From NCBI GenBank assembly GCA_963674705.1, contig OY771506.1, positions 3,904,001-3,968,000 on the forward strand: a stretch of DNA of 64,000 nt, read 5' to 3'. The notes below the pieces were generated by a model that had not been told where the DNA came from, did no database searches, and was given only the letters and a program-made list of their open reading frames with translations. A program made the position numbers and the translations under genes. This document shows, piece after piece, positions 9,842-19,640 of the stretch. The first letter of the stretch is position 1. Each line of letters starts with the position of its first letter. Origin of the DNA: Phycisphaeraceae bacterium. GTDB taxonomy: Bacteria; Planctomycetota; Phycisphaerae; Phycisphaerales; Phycisphaeraceae.

Positions 9842-10528
9842 ATGGACAGGAACCTTCTTTACGGCATGTTTGTGGCTTTGTTCGCGGTGCTGGACCCGAT
9901 CGGGAATCTGCCGATCTTTGTGGACTATACGGGATCGATGCGCCGCGGCGTGCAGGTCGCGACGTCGGTGCTGATCTCCGGCGTGATTTTCATCGGGTTA
10001 GCTGTATTTCTACTGTTCGGGCAGGGGGTACTGCACTTTTTCGGGATATCGCTACCCGCGTTCCAGATCGCCGGTGGGATCGTTCTGCTGCTGATGGGTT
10101 TGAAGATGATCACCGGCAAGACACGCAGCACAGAGATCAAGGAACGGACCGAAAAGAAGAACTTTCGCACGGGCTTATTCTCGGCGTTCGACGAGGCAGG
10201 CGCACACCTCAAGGATTTTATTGTTCCGCTGGGCGTTCCTCTATTCATCGGCCCCGGTTCGCTGAGCACGGTTGTTTTGTATTCGGCCAAGTCAGATGGC
10301 AGCATTGAGATGACTTTCGCGATGCTTGGCGTGCTGCTACTTCTGAGCATCATCACCTGCGTGATCCTGTCCACATCCATGATCGTCTCCCGCGTGCTGG
10401 GCATCCACGGCCTGGAAATCGCAACAAGGATTCTCGGCTTACTGATCGCGGCGATCGGGGTACAGTTCTTCTTAAATGGGTTGGCGGCGGTGACGACGGT
10501 GTTTAATGAAGGGGCACTGGTTAGCTAG
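9842..10528 (+). CDS. MarC-family membrane protein
   Basis: LDPIGNLPIF, FGISLPAFQIAGG, VPLGVPLFIGPGSLS and RILGLLIAAIGVQ. Confidence 0.93.
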   Translation: MDRNLLYGMFVALFAVLDPIGNLPIFVDYTGSMRRGVQVATSVLISGVIFIGLAVFLLFGQGVLHFFGISLPAFQIAGGIVLLLMGLKMITGKTRSTEIKERTEKKNFRTGLFSAFDEAGAHLKDFIVPLGVPLFIGPGSLSTVVLYSAKSDGSIEMTFAMLGVLLLLSIITCVILSTSMIVSRVLGIHGLEIATRILGLLIAAIGVQFFLNGLAAVTTVFNEGALVS

Positions 10529-10809
10529 CAGTAGTAGTTCGGTGTGGCCACCGAGACTGAATAAAGTAAACGCATGCATCCCATCATCGATTTATCGCAC
10601 AGCTTCATTAAAAATTTGATGTGACTTGCTGAAGTGCTCAATATTTCCTCTGAGGAATCCCCCATTTTATGATAGCGTCGGATTATTGAATCAGTTTTGT
10701 ATTGAATGGGCGACGGTGTGTCGATACAATACATCTAATGCTTTTTATCTCCGGAGAGATTCACGGGGCATATATGTTTTAGCAAAAACAAACGGAAGGG
10801 AGAAAGAAC

Positions 10810-11499
10810 GTGCTACAAACTCGTATTCTTATCGTCATGGCCGCGATTTTCAGCGTGATGTCTTTGGCCAATGCACCGGTCAAGGCTGCACCACTGCTTA
10901 TACTTGATAAATTCGCCACACCGCAGAGCGGTATCGGTGCGGTCACGAGTACCGCTGGGGACATCCTGGGCGGTGAGCGGGAGATTCTAAGTACAGGTAA
11001 TCCACCGGCGGTTATATCCCGAGGAGAGTTGGACTGGTTTGACCACTCTTATTACTTGTACGGGGTTAGTGGCCCACTGACCATGCGTTGGGATGGGGTT
11101 GACGACGCCGGACTTGGGGGAGTCGACCTGACAGTGGGAGGACTCGCGGATGCACTATGTTTCCGTATCAATAAGTCCAGTGGCTCGATGTTTGCGGAGT
11201 TCACAATTAAGACGACCCAAGGGGTCACTATCAAAAGTATTTGGGGATCATATGTAATTATGTTTCCCGAAACCGAAACAACGATCAATCATATGTTTCC
11301 ACTGTACTACTTTACCTTATTTCAAGAAGACGACTTTGAATTGAACAGCGTGGAAAGTATCGAATTTCGGTTTTGGAGCAACACGTTACTGGAAGAGGCA
11401 GGGATCAATATCGAAAGCATCTATCTCGTGCCTGAACCGGCAAGCATGCTTTTGCTGGGGATTGGACTGGGTGTGATTGGATTGCGTCGGCGCAGATGA
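10810..11499 (+). CDS. PEP-CTERM exosortase-target surface protein
   Basis: Signal peptide; C-terminal VPEPASMLLLGIGLGVIGLRRRR; AT-richer than its flanks. Confidence 0.9.
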   Translation: MLQTRILIVMAAIFSVMSLANAPVKAAPLLILDKFATPQSGIGAVTSTAGDILGGEREILSTGNPPAVISRGELDWFDHSYYLYGVSGPLTMRWDGVDDAGLGGVDLTVGGLADALCFRINKSSGSMFAEFTIKTTQGVTIKSIWGSYVIMFPETETTINHMFPLYYFTLFQEDDFELNSVESIEFRFWSNTLLEEAGINIESIYLVPEPASMLLLGIGLGVIGLRRRR

Positions 11500-11549
11500 A
11501 TCGAGTCATTGATTTAATTGCAGATGAACAATCAGGGATAACATCAAAC

Positions 11550-11578
11550 AAAAGCCCCCGGTCAAACGGGGGCTTTTT
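11550..11578. terminator. Bidirectional intrinsic terminator
   Basis: AAAAGCCCCCG-GTCAAA-CGGGGGCTTTTT between convergent genes. Confidence 0.85.
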
Positions 11579-11698
11579 GTTTGGTATTGTTATTCACAGG
11601 TGTTAAGCGCATCGAGAAAGCACACTTTGCCCAGCGGCACAAAGTAAGGCACCCATACATCAAGCGTGTTGTGTATGCATTGGCCCGGTGGGCCAATG

Positions 11699-11724
11699 GG
11701 TGGAATGAATTCCACCGCTAAACG
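11699..11724. repeat. REP-like palindrome with GCTAAACG foot
   Basis: GGTGGAATGAATTCCACC-GCTAAACG; homologous to 15107-15132. Confidence 0.7.
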
Positions 11725-11761
11725 TTGGGAGATGGGGAGTGTGTGGTGGTTATTGGGTGGG

Positions 11762-13114
11762 TTAGTTGTTGTTCAGGCGTTCGCAGGTCATGCGGTTTTG
11801 GTAGGTACCGGGGGCGTGGCCTACGGCGTCCCAGCCTCGGCCGACGGAGGTGCCGGCGAGGGTGATCCAGATGCCGGCTTGGGAGTCGGGGCGGTTATTA
11901 AAGAGTGTGAATTCGATGGCGTTTTCGGGCAGGCGCCAGCCGGCGGTGGGGGAGGGTTGGGTGCTGGCTTGGGCGGCGAAGTCTTCCAAGGTGATTCGGC
12001 CGACGGGGGTGTCGTTGTTGTAGAGGGTGATGGTGAGTGGTTCGTCGCGCTTAAGTGGGCCTTGGGCGAGTTGTTTGAATGGGCCTTTTTCGCCGGAGGA
12101 TGCTTCGACGACGCGGAAGGTGTTGTTGGCGGCGAGGTAGGCCAGTCGAGCGGGTTGACCCGTGGGGTATTCTGAGTAAGTGACTTCGATGCGGTCGTGC
12201 GGGCATGGGGAGAAGGACAGGAACAGACGTTCATGACCCTGAATGTTCAATGTGCAGTAAGAATTCAGGTGGGAGTAGATGGGGGATGAGAGGTACGTGT
12301 TTGCTTCGAGTTTGAGGATATTGTCGGTGGGCGGGTCGATGCTTAAGGTTCCCCATTGCGACCAGCCGAAGTATGTCGGCGAGTTAGCGTCAGGCAGTTT
12401 CCAGTTACTTAGCCATGGTGTGCGTGGCGATCGAGCGTATACCGGTGCGAAGATTGTCCAGCAACGGTCGGGCGAACGGCTGATGAATTGAAGCATGGGT
12501 TCGATGCCGACCAATACCGGGCCGTAGTGGATGGTGATGTTGCCATGCTGTGGGGAGAGTGCGGCGAAGTCGGCAAGGCGGATGACGTTGGGTGGGTCTT
12601 CGGTGAGTCCTTCGACGGGTTGTGGCTGTGTATTTGATGAGATGGGGTGTGTTGCTGGGGCGGCCCCGCGTTGAGATAGAGGCAAGAGGATTCCGAGCAG
12701 CAAACCTGCGGCGATCCCGGCGGATGTGGCGACGCGGTGCTTTCCGCATTTACGGTAGGAGAACCAACCGACGCAAAGCAGTAAGAAGCCGAACAGGATT
12801 GCCGGTATGGCTGGACGTCGGCCGCTGATGGGGAAGATGATCGCGCCAGCAATCGCGGCAGTGAAGTAGGTGGCGGCCATACCGGTCATGATGAAGCGTG
12901 CCAACGCGATGCGGTGTTTGCTGATGCTGTAGAGCCCAGCGATGCAGAGGGCGATGATGATCCATGGCAAGACCTGGTTCGCCCAGAAACGCGGGTGGGT
13001 GAAGGCGAAGCCGTGCGGCATGAACCACCAGCCAAAAGCTGCGGCGACGAGATGAGCGCAGAGAATGACTTTCCAGATAAAGAGCCAGCGGAGTTTGGGG
13101 GATGTGTCGGGCAA
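11762..13114 (-). CDS. Hypothetical membrane protein (about 5 N-terminal TM helices plus soluble domain)
   Basis: 450-aa ORF with hydrophobic N-terminal segments; no family recognised. Confidence 0.75.
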   Translation of the reverse strand: MPDTSPKLRWLFIWKVILCAHLVAAAFGWWFMPHGFAFTHPRFWANQVLPWIIIALCIAGLYSISKHRIALARFIMTGMAATYFTAAIAGAIIFPISGRRPAIPAILFGFLLLCVGWFSYRKCGKHRVATSAGIAAGLLLGILLPLSQRGAAPATHPISSNTQPQPVEGLTEDPPNVIRLADFAALSPQHGNITIHYGPVLVGIEPMLQFISRSPDRCWTIFAPVYARSPRTPWLSNWKLPDANSPTYFGWSQWGTLSIDPPTDNILKLEANTYLSSPIYSHLNSYCTLNIQGHERLFLSFSPCPHDRIEVTYSEYPTGQPARLAYLAANNTFRVVEASSGEKGPFKQLAQGPLKRDEPLTITLYNNDTPVGRITLEDFAAQASTQPSPTAGWRLPENAIEFTLFNNRPDSQAGIWITLAGTSVGRGWDAVGHAPGTYQNRMTCERLNNN

Positions 13115-13200
13115 GGGGTAGTTCCCGGATTGTGAAAGACCTTATCTGTTGTATGTTCAATATCATCGGGTGGATCGAGAATATTACAATTGAATGCTAA

Positions 13201-13230
13201 AAAGAAAACCCCCGGCAAGCCGGGGGCTAA
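13201..13230 (-). terminator. Terminator / REP-like hairpin downstream of ilvD
   Basis: A-tract, then CCCCCGG-CAAG-CCGGGGG, then CTAA. Confidence 0.7.
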
Positions 13231-13256
13231 GAATTTGTGTGGATGTGGCTGGCTAC

Positions 13257-14963
13257 TTATTCGTCGGTCACGCAGCCTTCGCTGGCGGACTTGACGTTTT
13301 TGATGTACTTCCAGAGGGTGCCGCGGTTGGCTTTGTAGGGTGGTTTTTTCCAGGCGGCTTTGCGTTTGGCGAGTTCGTCATCCGAGACTTCGATCTCGAT
13401 GGTGTTCTTCTCGGCGTCGATGGTGAGGGTATCGCCATCTTTGACGAGTGCGATGGGGCCGCCTTCCTGTGCTTCGGGGGTGACGTGGCCGATGATGAAG
13501 CCGTGCGAGCCGCCGGAGAATCGGCCGTCGGTCATGAGTGCGACGTCTTTACCGAGGCCCGCGCCCATGATGGCGCTGGTGGGGGTGAGCATTTCGGGCA
13601 TGCCTGGGCCGCCGGTCGGGCCTTCGTATCGGATGACGATGACATCGCCCTTGCCGATCTTGCCGTCTTCGAGGCCCTTGAGCATGTCCTCTTCGGAGTC
13701 GTAGACACGAGCCGGGCCGGAGAATTTCAAACCTTCCTTGCCGGTGATCTTGGCGACGGCGCCGGTGGGGGCGAGGTTGCCGGTGAGGATGCGGATGTGG
13801 CCCGAAGATTTAAGGGGCTTATCCAGTGGGGCGACGACCTGCTGGCCTTCTTTCAGGTCGGGCACGTTGGCGAGGTTTTCTTTGATGGTTTTGCCGGTGA
13901 CGGTTAACTGGTCGCCGTCGATCATGCCGGCCTCCAGAAGCATCTTCATCACTGCGGGGATGCCACCGATGGTGTGGATGTCTTCCATGACGTACCTGCC
14001 GGAGGGCTTGAGGTCTGACAGCAGCGGCGTCTTGTCGGAAACCTTCTGGAAGTCCTGGATGTCGAGCTTGATGTCGAAAGCGCGAGCGATGGCGAGCAGG
14101 TGCAGGACCATGTTGGTGGAGCCGCCGAGCGCGGTGGCTGTAACCATGGCGTTTTCAAGGCTGGCGCGTGTGAGGATGTCGCGCGGCTTGAGGTCCATTT
14201 CGAGGAGTTTGTAGATCATCTTGCCGGCGGCAACGCACTCATCTGCTTTATCTTTCGAGACGGCGGGGTTGGAAGCGCTGTAAGGCAGTGACAGGCCCAT
14301 CGCTTCGATTGCGGTCGCCATGGTGTTTGCGGTGTACATGCCGCCACAGGCGCCGGCACCGGGGCAAGACTTGCGGACGATTTCCTCGCGCTGCGCTTCG
14401 GTGATCTTGCCTGCGAGGGATTCGCCGTAAGATTGGAAGGCGGAGACGACGTCGCGTGGTGTTTCTTCGTCGAGGTGGTCTTTATCGAGGAAACTCGTGC
14501 AGCCGGGCTTGATGGTGCCGCCGTAGACCATGATGGATGGACGGTTGAGCCGACCCATGGCGATGATGCAGCCGGGCATATTCTTATCGCAGCCGGGCAG
14601 GGCGACGAGCGCGTCGTACCATTGCGCGCCCATGATGGTTTCGATGGAATCGGCGATGAGGTCGCGTGACTGGAGCGAGAAGCTCATGCCATCGGTGCCC
14701 ATCGAGATACCATCGCTGACGCCAATGGTGTTGAAACGCATGCCGACCATGTTCGCTTGGGTGACGCCTTTCTTGACGTATTCAGCGAGCTCGAGCAGGT
14801 GCATGTTGCAGGGGTTGCCTTCGTACCAGACGCTGGCGATGCCGACCTGAGGCTTTTTCATATCGTCATCGGTCATGCCGGTGGCGTAGAGCATGGCCTG
14901 GCTTGCGCCCTGGCTCTTGGGTTCGGTGACGCGGGAGGAGTACTTATTGAGTTTTGCGGTCAT
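13257..14963 (-). CDS. ilvD: Dihydroxy-acid dehydratase
   Basis: [51 protein letters not shown] and TDGRFSG. Start at ATG 14963 (MTAKLNKYS). Confidence 0.97.
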   Translation of the reverse strand: MTAKLNKYSSRVTEPKSQGASQAMLYATGMTDDDMKKPQVGIASVWYEGNPCNMHLLELAEYVKKGVTQANMVGMRFNTIGVSDGISMGTDGMSFSLQSRDLIADSIETIMGAQWYDALVALPGCDKNMPGCIIAMGRLNRPSIMVYGGTIKPGCTSFLDKDHLDEETPRDVVSAFQSYGESLAGKITEAQREEIVRKSCPGAGACGGMYTANTMATAIEAMGLSLPYSASNPAVSKDKADECVAAGKMIYKLLEMDLKPRDILTRASLENAMVTATALGGSTNMVLHLLAIARAFDIKLDIQDFQKVSDKTPLLSDLKPSGRYVMEDIHTIGGIPAVMKMLLEAGMIDGDQLTVTGKTIKENLANVPDLKEGQQVVAPLDKPLKSSGHIRILTGNLAPTGAVAKITGKEGLKFSGPARVYDSEEDMLKGLEDGKIGKGDVIVIRYEGPTGGPGMPEMLTPTSAIMGAGLGKDVALMTDGRFSGGSHGFIIGHVTPEAQEGGPIALVKDGDTLTIDAEKNTIEIEVSDDELAKRKAAWKKPPYKANRGTLWKYIKNVKSASEGCVTDE

Positions 14964-15106
14964 GGTTGTTGTCCCAAATAATGCGGTTAGTTTAGCCGGG
15001 CATTGTAACAAACGTGGCGAGGGGTGGATTGAGTGTGCGGTTGGGGATTGAGAGGGGGTTGCAGGGGGAAGGGATGCGTTGGTGGGATTGTCCCTGCGGA
15101 ACAAAT

Positions 15107-15132
15107 GGCGGAACAAGTTCCGCCGCTAAACG
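15107..15132. repeat. REP-like palindrome with GCTAAACG foot
   Basis: GGCGGAACAAGTTCCGCC-GCTAAACG. Confidence 0.7.
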
Positions 15133-15178
15133 GGGGGAATGTATGTCAGGAAAAGCTCGGACTTCAGTTAAACCAGTG

Positions 15179-15649
15179 TCAGGACGCACGCTGGCTTATG
15201 ACTTCGCCACATTCAGGGCATGTCGTACTCTCATCCGGGCAGCCACGCAGGTCGTACCCGCAGTTCCCACAGGAGAGTGACAAGCCTTGATCGGTCAGAT
15301 CCATGAGGATCGAACGGATGCGCCGCCGAACGATCAATCGGTAGACTAACACTCCTACGGCCGGACCCGAAATCGCAACGGCGGCAAGGAACATTAATAC
15401 CAAGTATAGAAATTCTCGCGTATCGTGACCGCTGATCACACTGGTTGGGATGAGGTCCAAAATAGGATCAAATGCTACTAAGGCGATGCCAAAGCTGATT
15501 GGCCAGATTACGATTGTTGCACCCACTGCTATCCAGATCGCCCGTGATGCACGTGCGCAGTCATGCCAGACACGCTTGCGCACTTGGCGATCCAACGCTT
15601 TCAGTTCATTGATCCTGTTCCACGGATGAAAGATCGTTGAAAGCATCAA
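15179..15649 (-). CDS. 2-TM membrane protein with C-terminal CxxCGYDLRG..CPECG Zn ribbon
   Basis: Two hydrophobic helices followed by CGNCGYDLRGCPDESTTCPECGEVI. Confidence 0.8.
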   Translation of the reverse strand: MMLSTIFHPWNRINELKALDRQVRKRVWHDCARASRAIWIAVGATIVIWPISFGIALVAFDPILDLIPTSVISGHDTREFLYLVLMFLAAVAISGPAVGVLVYRLIVRRRIRSILMDLTDQGLSLSCGNCGYDLRGCPDESTTCPECGEVISQRAS

Positions 15650-15669
15650 GTACCTGAGTGTGTAAGCCT

Positions 15670-16836
15670 CTAAACGGAGAAGGAGTGACGCATCAATGCC
15701 TGGTAGACATCGGCGCCGTGGTTTAGTTGGTCGATGCTGATGTATTCGTCGCGGGTGTGGGCGCGGTCGATTTCGCCGGGACCGAGTACGATGGTGGGCA
15801 GGCCGGCGTTGGAATAGTGGCTGGCGTGGGTGGCGTAGGGGGCGCCGATGGCGAGAGTCGGTAACTCTTGTGACTGGAGCACTTCTTTGACAACGCCCAA
15901 AAACTTCTCACCGCCGGTCGGCAGTAGCGGGGGGTGTGACACGCCAACGTCGACGGCGTATTCCATATCAGGCTCGTCGGCACGGACGGAATCCAGCACT
16001 TCGATGAAAGTAGGGAGCACAGTCTTGTAGTCTTCACCCGGCACGACGCGACGGTCGATGTCGATGACACATTTATCGGGGATGATGTTCGGGGCGGTGC
16101 CACCACGGATCATGTTGACGCTGCACGCGGCGTGGCCGGTCAGTTCGTGTTCGTAAGTCAAACTCGGTATGTATTGCGACTCGATGGCGAAAAGCAGTTT
16201 GAGCATCATGGTGATCGCGCTACGGCCTTCGTGGGGAACGGAGGAATGCGCCGCCGTGCCATGAGTCGTGACTTTCCATCGGATCAGGCCGTTGTGAGCG
16301 ATGATGGGGCGAAGTTCGGTCGGTTCGCCGACGATGACGCCCTTGGGGGTGATGCCGAGTTTGGGGTAGTCGTTTTTCAGGAAGGAGACGACGCCGTGCA
16401 TACCGGCTTCTTCATCGACGCCGAAGAAGAGGGCGATGTTGTTCGGGCTGGCGCCGGCTTCTACGTATTGTTTCAAGGCCCAGAGCATGGCCGCGCCGGT
16501 GCCTTTGGTATCGCAAGCGCCCCGACCATAGAGTCGGTTGTTGCGGATATCACCGCCCAACGGATCGATGGACATATTCTCAATGGCGACGGTGTCCATG
16601 TGGCTATCGAACAGAAGCCAAGGCGCGTTATCGCTGATCTTATGTGTGACGATCAGTTGATCGGCCCGGCCTTTTAGCGGCAGCCGTTTTGTGGAGAGGT
16701 TGAATCGTTTGGCTGTTTTTTCGAGATACTCGCAGAGTTCGAGTTCGGCATCGGGTCGGCCGGAAATGCTGCTGTTGACGCTGTTGATGCGGACCATCGC
16801 CTGCAATAGCTCAGTCACGTTCGATGGAGCTGCCAT
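15670..16836 (-). CDS. M20 family metallohydrolase (ArgE/DapE-like deacylase)
   Basis: SHMDTV, YGRGACDTKG, DEE, VGEPT, HSS and GPG...AH...E. Confidence 0.92.
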   Translation of the reverse strand: MAAPSNVTELLQAMVRINSVNSSISGRPDAELELCEYLEKTAKRFNLSTKRLPLKGRADQLIVTHKISDNAPWLLFDSHMDTVAIENMSIDPLGGDIRNNRLYGRGACDTKGTGAAMLWALKQYVEAGASPNNIALFFGVDEEAGMHGVVSFLKNDYPKLGITPKGVIVGEPTELRPIIAHNGLIRWKVTTHGTAAHSSVPHEGRSAITMMLKLLFAIESQYIPSLTYEHELTGHAACSVNMIRGGTAPNIIPDKCVIDIDRRVVPGEDYKTVLPTFIEVLDSVRADEPDMEYAVDVGVSHPPLLPTGGEKFLGVVKEVLQSQELPTLAIGAPYATHASHYSNAGLPTIVLGPGEIDRAHTRDEYISIDQLNHGADVYQALMRHSFSV

Positions 16837-16837
16837 C

Positions 16838-17509
16838 TTAGAAACGCCTCCGGGTTGGGTTCAGCAGCAGGTTGTCGTGGCCGGGCACGATGACGTCGGC
16901 GATCTCGATCGCTTCCATGAAGCTTTCCTGTGCCTGGTTCACATCATAGGCACCACGAAGCACGCGGCCCTGCTCGAGGTGCTCAGCGGTAGCGACGGCA
17001 TCCCCGGCGATCAGCGTGGTCGCATTGGGGTGGCTGAGCAATAACCCGCAGCAGCCGGGGGTGAAGCCGGGCAGCGGAAAGATATCTACCTGCTTGGCGA
17101 TTTTGTCCGGCGCGGGCTGGCACTTCTTCATTACAGCGATATCTTGCTCGATAAGCTTGCGTGTATCTTCGTCCTGTTCCTGCTTCAGTTGCTCGATCAG
17201 CAAAGTGCCGACCTGTTCGCGTTCGGCTTCAGCGATGAGCCAACGGGCTTTGGAGAATCCGGTGATACCCCAGCGGTGTGCCGGGCGGAAGCAGGTCAGG
17301 AAGACGTCGGTGATATCTTCAGGCCCCAGGCCGCAGCGCTCAGCAAGGCGGGCGATGATGACCTGCGGGGGCAGGCCGGGATCGACGAGGATGGTTTTAT
17401 CTTCGCTGCGCACGAGCGTGGTGGTCGCGTGGGGCGTCCGGGCGGAACCCTGGCGGTCCCAGAGTTCGTGAACGCTTAGTGCGCCGATGCTGATGATGCG
17501 GTAGTCCAT
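16838..17509 (-). CDS. Metallo-beta-lactamase-fold protein with atypical metal motif
   Basis: ILVDPG, DVFLTCFRPAH (in place of THxHxDH), PGFTPG, IAGDA and IVPGHD. Confidence 0.8.
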   Translation of the reverse strand: MDYRIISIGALSVHELWDRQGSARTPHATTTLVRSEDKTILVDPGLPPQVIIARLAERCGLGPEDITDVFLTCFRPAHRWGITGFSKARWLIAEAEREQVGTLLIEQLKQEQDEDTRKLIEQDIAVMKKCQPAPDKIAKQVDIFPLPGFTPGCCGLLLSHPNATTLIAGDAVATAEHLEQGRVLRGAYDVNQAQESFMEAIEIADVIVPGHDNLLLNPTRRRF

Positions 17510-17612
17510 GGGGGGATGGTCAATGTTCGATGGTCAAAGTTCAATCTGGAAGATACCCGGACCTTCGCTGCGCTCAGGACCGGCGTTGGGGATGGGTGCT
17601 GATCCCCAGCCC

Positions 17613-18158
17613 CTACTCTTTAAAGTGGTCGACGTGGAGCCAGGGGAGTTTGCCGCCGTGATCGCGTTTTTTCTGTTTCATCATTTCGATGACCAGCGGT
17701 GGGAGCATGCGGTGCAGGCGGTCGATGTCGCCACCGGCAGCGATCTGCTTGATCAGCGTGGAGCTGGCGAAGGCGTGTGCGTCGCCTGTCATGGTGAAGA
17801 CGGTTTCGACATCCGCGATCGCACGGTTAGTCAGAGCTAGCTGGAACTCGAAGTTCAGGTCGGTGACGTTACGCAGGCCTCGCAGGACGGCGGTCGCGCC
17901 GATTTCCCGGGCGTAGTCGACGGTCAGACCCTGGTAGCAACTGACGGTGACATGGTCGTCGCACTGCTCACGGAGGAGTGTTTCGATCATTTGTTTTCGC
18001 TCTTCTGTACTGAATAGCTCGACCTTGGCGGGGTTGTGCCCGATGGCGACGATCAACTGGTCAAACAGCTTCTGGCCCCGTCTGATCACGTCCAGATGGC
18101 CGTTGGTGATCGGATCGAAGGTGCCGGGGAAGAGCCCGATTTTCGGCTTATCGTTCAT
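17613..18158 (-). CDS. coaD: Phosphopantetheine adenylyltransferase
   Basis: FPGTFDPITNGHLDVI, LRGLR...D..FE and SSTLIK. Confidence 0.96.
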   Translation of the reverse strand: MNDKPKIGLFPGTFDPITNGHLDVIRRGQKLFDQLIVAIGHNPAKVELFSTEERKQMIETLLREQCDDHVTVSCYQGLTVDYAREIGATAVLRGLRNVTDLNFEFQLALTNRAIADVETVFTMTGDAHAFASSTLIKQIAAGGDIDRLHRMLPPLVIEMMKQKKRDHGGKLPWLHVDHFKE

Positions 18159-18275
18159 GTAAGGGAGTATATCAGCGTATGCAGGCCGATAGCCAATATG
18201 AGCGGGTTACCCAGCCCTCACAACCGTACCGTATCCGGACAGTGACAGGATATTTCAATCCAATCGGTGGACAGA

Positions 18276-18450
18276 TCTCCGGTTGAATTGGAGACTTCGG
18301 GTGTTGCTGATGCGGGTATGGCTAAACAACGCCAATCCGAGCAACTCGGTCTGAAGTGGCGTGAGTTCGCCGCCACTGCAGACCGGTTAAACCAGATAGC
18401 CCTGGATCGGGTCTCGTACCGGTTTGCCTCCCCGGTCGAGACCTTTTTTT
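18276..18450 (+). ncRNA. Candidate multi-hairpin small RNA ending in a strong terminator
   Basis: Five consecutive hairpins (18276-94, 18303-45, 18347-85, 18392-405, 18410-43) followed by T7, on the strand opposite both flanking genes. Confidence 0.4.
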
Positions 18451-18525
18451 ATGCGCTGCGCGAGGGTCCAGGGGTCTGGGTTCGGGGGTCGAGGGAACGC
18501 AACGGTGTCGGCATCGTTGTTGGTG

Positions 18526-19551
18526 TTACTCGAAGACAGGATCAAGCTCGGGCGCCCCGCCGGGGAATTCGGCGAAGAAGACTTCGCGAAATCCATCGGG
18601 ATTGAACTCCCAGTGCCAGGGCTCGTGCTGGAAGGGGTACCAGCCGAAGGCGTCGCCGCGGAGGTGCAGCCACTTGTGGACCGGGGAGTAGCGCATCGCC
18701 ACGACATAAGACATCGGGCGGGTCGTGATATCGAAGACGCCGTCACCGTCGGGCTTAGGCAGCTCAAAGTCGACGGCCAAACCAAGTGAGTGTGCTGAGA
18801 AACTGGCAACGGCGAAGCTGTTGCCCTGCCTAGAGGCGTTGGCACGGGCCTTCTCAGGATCACGATGGGCGGACTTGATCTTCAGTGTCACACCGTCGGC
18901 CGCGGCGGCTTCGCGCATTTTGACGTAGGCGTCCGCAGCGAATCGGTTGAGCTTCCAATCGGGTTCACCGGGCACCGGTTGCCACTGGGCTAGTATGTAG
19001 GTCCAGACTTCGTCGTTCATGTAGTCCTTGCGGATGACGGCGGTGCGGGATCGGTTGGCACGCCGCTCGGGGCGGACGATATCCAAAGCGTCGACCATGA
19101 TGTCGGCCATGTCTTCGTTCGGGCCCTCGGGGCCGCCGGGGTAGTCGTCGTCTTGCCAGTCGAACTTGCTGAAGTGGACCTTGAGCTCGTAATTGAGCAG
19201 GTCGAGCGAGGAAGTCGACGGATCGTGGATGAAGTCCAGTTCGAGCGCATCAATCAGTGCCTGATGAGCATCTGGGACATCTGCCACAAGCATGCGGTCA
19301 AAGGCGTCCGAGATCGCCTTCGAGTCTTCCCGATGGTGCAGACGTTCGTAGATGTAGTCGGGTGTTAGACGTGTAAGGTGCCGCGAGTTGTACGCGACGT
19401 GCTCGATGAGCCTGTCGGACCGGCTGCCACTGTTAAAGACGGCGGGGACTGGCTCGGTTGCGCATTGCGTCGACGTGCTGGATGCTGTGGAGCAGGCTGA
19501 AGCAAGTAGCGGGAGGATGAGGAGCAACAGGGCGTTGGTGATTCGGATCAT
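18526..19551 (-). CDS. M15B (VanY-like) D-Ala-D-Ala carboxypeptidase-family lipoprotein
   Basis: Lipobox LASAC; SAHR, SAHSLGLAVD and EPWHW. Confidence 0.88.
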   Translation of the reverse strand: MIRITNALLLLILPLLASACSTASSTSTQCATEPVPAVFNSGSRSDRLIEHVAYNSRHLTRLTPDYIYERLHHREDSKAISDAFDRMLVADVPDAHQALIDALELDFIHDPSTSSLDLLNYELKVHFSKFDWQDDDYPGGPEGPNEDMADIMVDALDIVRPERRANRSRTAVIRKDYMNDEVWTYILAQWQPVPGEPDWKLNRFAADAYVKMREAAAADGVTLKIKSAHRDPEKARANASRQGNSFAVASFSAHSLGLAVDFELPKPDGDGVFDITTRPMSYVVAMRYSPVHKWLHLRGDAFGWYPFQHEPWHWEFNPDGFREVFFAEFPGGAPELDPVFE

Positions 19552-19640
19552 GGGTGATTTTCACTAACTAAATAGGGGATTTGAATCTGAGGCGGATCGA
19601 AGAATATATGAGGTATGGCCTTTACTATCCTCACCTCTAT

